NCBI GenBank assembly: GCA_963662795.1 | Contig: OY759746.1 | Coordinates: forward strand, 3,552,001 to 3,616,000 | From: Spirochaetia bacterium | GTDB lineage: Bacteria; Spirochaetota; Spirochaetia; CADAEX01 | DNA length: 64,000 nucleotides | Direction of reading: 5' to 3' | In this document: piece after piece, positions 57,740 to 64,000 of the stretch | How positions within the stretch are numbered: the first letter of the stretch is position 1 | How the letters are laid out: every line of letters begins with the position of its first letter | Made by a program: the position numbers and the translations under genes | Notes under the pieces: generated by a model | Databases searched by the model: none | Seen by the model: the letters and a program-made list of their open reading frames with translations, nothing else | What the model was told of the DNA's origin: nothing

Positions 57740-59014
57740 CATAGGTGTCCAAAACAAGGACTATTAATTGCCTGAAATCCCAACTATAATGAATTAAGCT
57801 TGGACGGCTAATTCTTTACAGGAAAAGGAAATCAGGCAATGAGTTACAATAATACCATTTTAAAACAAATTCTACAAATAATTCCGAGACATGAATTTGA
57901 AAAATCTGTAAAAAAACATAAAGGGGACTTTGCTTCCAAAGGTTTTACCTGTTGGCAGCATTTTGTCTCCATGCTCTTTGCACAACTTTCAGGACAGACC
58001 GGGTTAAGAGGCATTGAAAACTCTTTTGAATCAATCAGTAACCACCTTTATCATATGGGTGTAAAAAAGGTAAAACGCTCTACATTATCTTACGCAAATA
58101 ATAATAGAAGCTGTGAAGTTTATGAAAATGTTTTCACTGATCTTCTTGATAAGATATTATCCATGAAGAGAGCGCATAAACATAAATTTAAAAATCCTCT
58201 TTACAGTGTTGATGCATCAACTATTGACTTGTGTTTAAATCTCTTTCCATGGGCAAATTTCAGAAAATATAAAGGCGGAATAAAACTTAATGTAAAACTT
58301 GACCATAGTGGATATATTCCAGCTTTTGTATCAGTTACAACTGCAAAAACACATGAAGTCAATTCCTTGAAAAAAATGGCTTTCAACAAAGGCGATGTCA
58401 TCACGTTTGATCGTGGTTATACTGACTTTAAATTATTCGCAAATTATTGTAATACCGGTATTTATTTTGTTACCAGGTTAAAAAAGAATGCTGATTATAA
58501 AATTGTCCAGAGAAAAGATACCTCCTCCTTTAAAAATATTACATCTGATCAGATCATAGAAATGAAAGGATTTTACACCAGTAAAAAATGCCCGTTAAAA
58601 TTAAGACGAATCAGAAGCAGAGATCCTGAAACCGGTAAATATATTGTAATTCTTACCAATAATTTCCTTTGGTCTCCAACAACAATTGCTGCTGTTTACA
58701 AAGACAGATGGCAGATTGAAATATTTTTTAAAACTATCAAACAGAACCTCAAGATCAAGAAATTCTTTGGTACTTCCAGAAATGCTGTAATGACACAAAT
58801 CTGGATTGCCCTAATTGCTTTTCTGTTACTTCAGTTCCTTAAAATGTTTTCATGTAGAAAATGGACTCATTTTTCACTGATGAAATTGATTCCTGTAATA
58901 CTGACATCAAGAAAAGATATCTGGACTGTTCTCAATAAACCGCCTTCAGAACAGACTAAAAAAACTAGTTTCAATCTTCAACTGGAGCTGTTATGATTGT
59001 TTTGGACACCTATG
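57740..59014 (+). mobile_element. IS4-family element, 1275 bp
   Basis: Perfect 18-bp IRs CATAGGTGTCCAAAACAA; 9-bp target duplication ATTGATTAT (57731-57739 and 59015-59023). Confidence 0.95.
57839..58996 (+). CDS. IS4 family transposase
   Basis: DASTIDL, FDRGY, YKDRWQIEIFFK (YREK-type motif). Confidence 0.95.
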   Translation: MSYNNTILKQILQIIPRHEFEKSVKKHKGDFASKGFTCWQHFVSMLFAQLSGQTGLRGIENSFESISNHLYHMGVKKVKRSTLSYANNNRSCEVYENVFTDLLDKILSMKRAHKHKFKNPLYSVDASTIDLCLNLFPWANFRKYKGGIKLNVKLDHSGYIPAFVSVTTAKTHEVNSLKKMAFNKGDVITFDRGYTDFKLFANYCNTGIYFVTRLKKNADYKIVQRKDTSSFKNITSDQIIEMKGFYTSKKCPLKLRRIRSRDPETGKYIVILTNNFLWSPTTIAAVYKDRWQIEIFFKTIKQNLKIKKFFGTSRNAVMTQIWIALIAFLLLQFLKMFSCRKWTHFSLMKLIPVILTSRKDIWTVLNKPPSEQTKKTSFNLQLELL

Positions 59015-59786
59015 ATTGATTATTTTAAAAAAATTAATGATACCTACGGACACCCTGAGGGAGACCTTGTGCTTACAAAACTTGGAAAAATATTAAAAAA
59101 AAATATGCGTATTATAGATTTTATCGGTAGAACCGGAGGAGAGGAATTTATTATTGTTCTTACAGAAACAACAAGCGATGAAGCATCTTTAATAGCAGAA
59201 AGGCTCAGACAGGAAATTCATTCAATAATTCTTCCGGAAGGGTATTTGACAGTAAGTATAGGTATCTCAGTGCTTAAAGAAAAAGACACATGGGAAACAA
59301 TTATAGGCCGAACAGATCGCGCGCTTTATATGGCAAAAAACAATGGGCGTGACTGTGTTGTTGCGCAATTGACAGACTAAACCATTGATTCTTTTTTATA
59401 AAGATTTTTTCTGGATATGCTTCAATAATCCACAACCTTTTTCACTCCCTTCTCTTCCACCGTCTAAAGAATACAAAACCGCTTTTCCGTTTATGATAAC
59501 AGGTGTAGAATTATATTATTAGGAATATCTACCGAAAGAGTTATATAAATCAAGATATTAGTTCGGATCTTCGGTTGACGGGTGATAAAATGCAGAATAC
59601 TATTTTTAAAAAAACTTTTCGCAAAAAATAAACATAATGATGATATGAGAAAAAAATTTATGCACTTTTAATGGAGTCTGGATCCCTACCGTCTCTAAAG
59701 TACTATCTACTATTAATCCTTAAAAATATGCAGTTATTGATATAAGATTCTTAAATCAACTTAATAATAAGTAATATAATATTAAT

Positions 59787-61061
59787 CACAGCTGTCCAAA
59801 ATAATCATAGCAATACTAACTGACCAGGAATTTCCCTTTGAATTGAATCACGTTCCAAAGGTTCATTTAACCAAAGCCAAAGATCTTTCCTTGAAAATAG
59901 AACTGTCGGAAGCAGAGATGCTAAGCTGTATATTGTCCATCCTAATGTAGATAAAAATCTCATATAGCTCAGTAACAAGTAGGTAATGAGTGCAGATGCA
60001 ATTTGGATCATTAGAGCATTTCTGGAAGTACCCACAAAGCTTTTTATTTTCAGTTTTTGTTTCATTGCCTTAAAAAATATTTCAATCTGCCATCGATCTT
60101 TATAAATAGCACCAACGATATCAGGAGGCCATTCAAAATTATTTGTCAAAATAACAATATATTTACCGGATTCCGAATCTTTTATGCTGATCCTTCGTAG
60201 TTTCAGAGAACACTTTTTAATTGAGTAAAAACCGGTAAAACTGATTATCTGATCAGATGCAACATCTTTAAAATCTTTCACTTTTTTTCTTTCAAGTATT
60301 CTATACTTTGCATTTTTCTTTAGTCTCGTGACAAAGTAAGTACCTTTAGTACAAAGACTTGCAAAGAAGGAGTAATCATTGTAACCACGATCAAAGGTTA
60401 CTACATCTCCTTTTTTGAAAGGTATTTCGGAAACTGCAGTTAGATCATTAGCCTTTGCATCAGAGAGAACAGCAAATACAGGAATATATCCTGTATGATC
60501 AAACTTCACATGTAATTTAATTCCACCTTTGGTCTTTCTAAACTTTCCCCAGTTGAATACAGAAAGACATAAATCTATAGTTGTGGAATCAATACTGTAG
60601 AGTGGATTCTTGAACTTGAATTTATGCCTGGGTGCTGCGGGCAGTATTTTATTCAGGAGAAAATAGAAAATATCTCCGAACATTTTGGAGCTTCTGTTTT
60701 TATTAGCATAACTTAATGTTGATCTGCTAACATGCTGGATACCAAGATGATAATGACTTTTTGCCTGAGAGTTTAATGCATTAGTAATACTCCGGAGATT
60801 ATCCAACCCTGATAACTGGGCAAAAATCATTGCTACAAAATGGGTCCATGAAGAAAATCCCTTTGCTGATTTTTCTGCTTGATGACGATTTACAAAATTC
60901 TGAAATTCAAGTCTCGGTATTATTTGAAGAATTTGATTTAATATGGTAGATTTATAACTCACTGCCTGATCTCCTTTGTTTATAATGATTTAGCTGGCAA
61001 GGCTTGTTTCATTATAGACGGGATTTCAGGCAATTAATAGTATTTGTTTTGGACAGCTATG
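59787..61061 (-). mobile_element. second IS4-family element, 1275 bp
   Basis: IRs CATAGCTGTCCAAAACAA and CACAGCTGTCCAAAATAA (16/18); 9-bp target duplication AATATTAAT (59778-59786 and 61062-61070). Confidence 0.95.
59805..60962 (-). CDS. IS4 family transposase
   Basis: DSTTIDL, FDRGY, YKDRWQIEIFFK; GTG start with AAGGAG RBS. Confidence 0.95.
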   Translation of the reverse strand: MSYKSTILNQILQIIPRLEFQNFVNRHQAEKSAKGFSSWTHFVAMIFAQLSGLDNLRSITNALNSQAKSHYHLGIQHVSRSTLSYANKNRSSKMFGDIFYFLLNKILPAAPRHKFKFKNPLYSIDSTTIDLCLSVFNWGKFRKTKGGIKLHVKFDHTGYIPVFAVLSDAKANDLTAVSEIPFKKGDVVTFDRGYNDYSFFASLCTKGTYFVTRLKKNAKYRILERKKVKDFKDVASDQIISFTGFYSIKKCSLKLRRISIKDSESGKYIVILTNNFEWPPDIVGAIYKDRWQIEIFFKAMKQKLKIKSFVGTSRNALMIQIASALITYLLLSYMRFLSTLGWTIYSLASLLPTVLFSRKDLWLWLNEPLERDSIQREIPGQLVLL

Positions 61062-61404
61062 AATATTAATACATATTTTATAAATACTAGAACATGATTC
61101 AATTATTTTAAAATAAGGAGATGTTTGGGAAATAAAAAAGAACTCAACTCCAAGAACAATAGATCAAGATTTATTTGCTATAAAATATTATGTGTAAATA
61201 GATTTATAAACTGCACAGTTAGAATTACTTAACAAAAAAAAGAATTTTAGCCGCGACTCCTCCCTTTCAGGCAGGAAATAAAGTCAGGGCACGCCTGTCC
61301 AGGCTTTACAATTCTTAACCCCAAGAAATTCCTCTTTTCTGATCTGCCGCGCGGGTGTAGAATAATATTTAATTATAGTATTGTGGAGAACATGAGTTAT
61401 AAGG

Positions 61405-61454
61405 ATTACAGCTGAAACTGTTTATAAATTGATTTTAACAGTTTCAGCTGTAAT
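61405..61454. repeat. perfect 18-bp inverted repeat (hairpin)
   Basis: ATTACAGCTGAAACTGTT-N14-AACAGTTTCAGCTGTAAT. Confidence 0.85.
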
Positions 61455-61604
61455 TGATTTCTATAATCTATATTAATATAATAAAAACTGAATTAAAACT
61501 ATAATTTGTTATTTTTTTAAATAATTATGGCTTGATTTCAATTAAGGAAGAAATACTTAATCATCATAGCTTTAATCTTCATTCTTTCAAGGAAGGGTAT
61601 TATT

Positions 61605-61964
61605 ATGGAAAAATATTCAGAGGAAAAGATAAACAGTAGTATATCTGATCGGAAAAAATTAAATGCAAGATTTATGAAAAATTGCAAAACATATGAAATT
61701 TTTCTCAATCTTGAGGAGAAAGCCTTTTCGGATGGAGCTTTATCACGAAAAGTAAAAGAATTAATGGCTCTTTCAATTTCCATTGTAACTAAATGTGAAC
61801 CCTGTATGGAGTGGCATGTCCAACAGGCCTTATTGCAAGGTGCTACAGATTCAGAAATTTATGAAACAATTGATGTTGCAATTGAAATGGGAGGAGGACA
61901 AGCAGGAGCGTATGCAAGATATGCTTTAAATGCAATGGACTATCATAAAACAAATAACAGATAA
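61605..61964 (+). CDS. carboxymuconolactone decarboxylase/AhpD family protein
   Basis: GALSRKVKELMAL, CEPCMEWH, GATDSEIYE, MGGG. Confidence 0.88.
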   Translation: MEKYSEEKINSSISDRKKLNARFMKNCKTYEIFLNLEEKAFSDGALSRKVKELMALSISIVTKCEPCMEWHVQQALLQGATDSEIYETIDVAIEMGGGQAGAYARYALNAMDYHKTNNR

Positions 61965-62069
61965 AAAATTATTTAGTATTATTAATATTGATCCCGTTTT
62001 CGCCATCCTGGTTCCGACGAGAATATGATATGTGAAAAGAGTGAATGGTAAACAGAAAAAAAGATAAAG

Positions 62070-62247
62070 CCCATAATAATAACGCTTAAAGCATTGCGCT
62101 CGAAGCAGCTCCCCTGGGCCTGGCCATATTTTGTTTTTATATAAATATGATTAGTTTTTGTTTTATTCTTTTCCAGTTTATTAAAACCAAATATAAGTAT
62201 TTTGAGTTTAGTCATAAAGCATTTTTCACCTGTAAGACGTTAGATGC
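62070..62247 (+). other. degenerate integron attC-like site
   Basis: TAAC followed by GCTTAAAG pairing (one mismatch) with CTGTAAG just before the core site GTTAGAT. Confidence 0.3.
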
Positions 62248-62255
62248 AATTTCTA

Positions 62256-62281
62256 TCTTGGTTAAAAATCTTTAACCAAGA
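62256..62281. repeat. perfect 11-bp inverted repeat (possible operator)
   Basis: TCTTGGTTAAA-AATC-TTTAACCAAGA. Confidence 0.7.
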
Positions 62282-62415
62282 ACCCACTGTTCAAGGTTGG
62301 TATTAGAAGTACTGGATAATAATTATATCAAATTCCTGATCATGATAAATTAAATACACTGAATTTTTGTTTTTGTAAATACAATAATTATGTTAGAATT
62401 ATAGAGAAAAAATAA

Positions 62416-62933
62416 AATCTCCTTAAAGGCTGTACCAGTTGCTTTGCATGCAAATTAAAAGAGAACTTGGTAAGTAAATGTGCAATGAAAGACGATATGG
62501 AACAAATATTACAAAAAATTTGCGAGTGTAATGCTCTTGTATTAGGCTCACCAATTTATTTTGCTGCCGTTTCAGGAGGAATGAAGTCATTTATGGAACG
62601 TCTAATTTTTCCATATACTTCCTATGAAGGCAAACCCTCATCTTTTGGAAAAAAAATTAATACAGCTTTTCTTTATACAATGAATGCCCCTTCTTTTGCC
62701 TTACCACTTACTGGGTACCCTAAACTTTTTAAATATAATCAAAAGTTACTGAAACGCACTTTTGGTTATAGTGAATTTTTAACTTCAGCCTCAACATACC
62801 AATTTGATGATTATAGCAAATATAATATGACATATTTTGACGGGAAAAAAGGCTAAAGAGAAGGGAAACAGTATTTATAAAAGATTGTGAAAAGGCATTT
62901 GAATTAGGCAGAAAACTTTGTGGAAATAATTAA
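62416..62933 (+). pseudogene. iron-sulfur flavoprotein/flavodoxin family relic
   Basis: KGCTSCFACK..C motif, LGSPIYF, FMERL; N-terminus missing (in-frame TAA at 62413); frameshift near 62850 separates the C-terminus RRETVFIKDCEKAFELGRKL. Confidence 0.8.
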
Positions 62934-63167
62934 AAACTATAAATTAAAGTACTTTTACCTTACAAGAGGGGTGAATGTCATTTTTTATGTTGGAAAAAAT
63001 GATGAAGTCTAATGAAGAATTGCCATATTATAAAAATCAGTATAGTTCAGAGATATCGTTATGATTATAGCGGAGAAAAAGAAAGGAAATAAAAAGAAAC
63101 TGATTGAGTTATCAAATACATCCATCTATTTGTCATATTTATTCTTAAACCTACCACAAAAGAAACG

Positions 63168-63257
63168 GCATCTAACCCAAGAATATGATATTACGACCAT
63201 TCGACCTTTTGCTAGTCGCATCCCTCAGAACATCGAATATTCCGGAACTTTATAAGC
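63168..63257 (+). other. degenerate integron attC-like site
   Basis: Inverse core GCATCTAAC, GAATATGAT pairing with ATCGAATATTC (bulged), core-like (T)TTATAAGC; about 90 nt. Confidence 0.45.
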
Positions 63258-63350
63258 AATATTCCTACAAGAAAGAATCTCCCGGACAGCCTGCCTGTGT
63301 GTGCAGATTTAGAAACAGCAAATACATGTTAAAAAATATAAAGGGTAAAG

Positions 63351-64000
63351 ATGAAAAGAATCAAAACATCAGAATATAGAAAATTATCAATTTATGGATT
63401 TCAAATTAGTGAGAACAGTCATAATTTCTATGCATTGTTAGAATATGATATTACAAATTTAAGAAAAAGTCTCAAACAAAGGCGTAAAGAAGGAAAAAGT
63501 GGATCATTATTTGCCTTTTTCCTAAAAGCTATTGCGGAATGCTTAAAAACATATCCAATATTCAATTCAATGATTGATTTACGAAGGACAACAACTTTTA
63601 CAGATGTTGATATCAGCATACCAATTGAAATAATGAATAAAAATAAAATATTCAATAAACAGTTAATCATAAGAAATATTGAGAAAAAGAATATTTTAGA
63701 AATTGAAAAAGAAATAAGCGTTAGCAAAAATGATTATGACAAAGGTAAGACTTATTTACCATCACCTATAATACAAAAAACCATGTCTCTTTTACCGTTT
63801 TTTTTAATTAAGGCTTTTATTAAATTTTTAATAATAATCATGATCTGGTAAAAAAACTATCAGGGACAGTTTTCGTAACAAGTGTATCAATGTATACAAA
63901 TATACCAGGATTCATAATTCCTTATATCGGAAAACCAAAAGCTTCTTCATTTGCAATAGGAAGTATTTATAAAAAACCAGTAGTTAAAAATAATGAAATT
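63351..64000 (+). pseudogene. 2-oxoacid dehydrogenase E2 catalytic-domain-like acyltransferase, frameshifted, runs off window
   Basis: YDITNLRK..SLFAFFLKAIAECLKTYPIFN..VDISIPIE; after a frameshift near 63830 the frame continues LSGTVFVTSV..FAIGSIYKKPVVKNNEI. Confidence 0.7.

Larger units (their letters stand above)
57397..59380 (+). pseudogene. diguanylate cyclase (TM plus GGEEF), 5'-truncated and interrupted by IS4
   Basis: FDSLTGVMNRR...LDIDY | IS4 | FKKINDTYGH...RIIDFIGRTGGEEF...ALYMAKNNGR; removing the IS and one duplicate restores the frame. Confidence 0.9.

Noticed and set aside
59490-59550. ATAAC...GTAGA/TCTAC...GTTAT palindrome as a further attC site
   Set aside because: The inverse core does not fit RYYYAAC and pairing is too short to support by eye
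61250-61360. GC-rich patch resembling an IS200/IS605 end or an attC interior
   Set aside because: The hairpin is imperfect and no tnpA/tnpB fragment was recognised nearby
61982-62215. 77-aa minus-strand ORF, and ORFs 63061-63255 and 63185-63379
   Set aside because: No motifs or RBS, and they overlap the attC-like palindromes
1-64000. CRISPR array, rRNA, prophage structural genes or reverse transcriptase
   Set aside because: No regularly spaced repeats, rRNA-like segments, phage genes or RT motifs seen

Overview
Low-GC bacterial chromosome segment, most likely from a spirochaete (Spirochaetia). The evidence is the mutS2-rsgA-murI gene order, the ligA-SPOR pair, a TPAT-type TRAP transporter (tatT/tatP/tatQM), a long-clade PPi-PFK, and capD-degT followed by xanthine-dehydrogenase-like genes. 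Positions 1-42.6 kb are dense core genome: ispG through nlpD-sigma factor and tRNA-Pro(CGG). From about 42.8 kb the window is accessory and decaying. It holds a DUF1566 relic, a Cache hybrid kinase with a 9-bp repeat, and a complete second chemosensory operon whose CheA carries a tandem MshEN-like motif. It also holds a half-EAL gene, an integrase relic, a truncated IS1182 fused in frame to a diguanylate cyclase that was later split by an IS4 element, a second IS4 element, and degenerate integron attC-like sites around frameshifted genes. Best candidates for something undescribed: (1) a sigma28-promoter-driven ~95-nt orphan sRNA with an anti-Shine-Dalgarno loop at ~37.4 kb; (2) a LoaP-headed operon linking amino-sugar synthesis genes to an XDH-like complex that appears to have lost its Moco motifs; (3) the MshEN-CheA and c-di-GMP gene cluster; (4) the cryptic cassette array. 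All calls come from reading the sequence by eye; no database searches were run.
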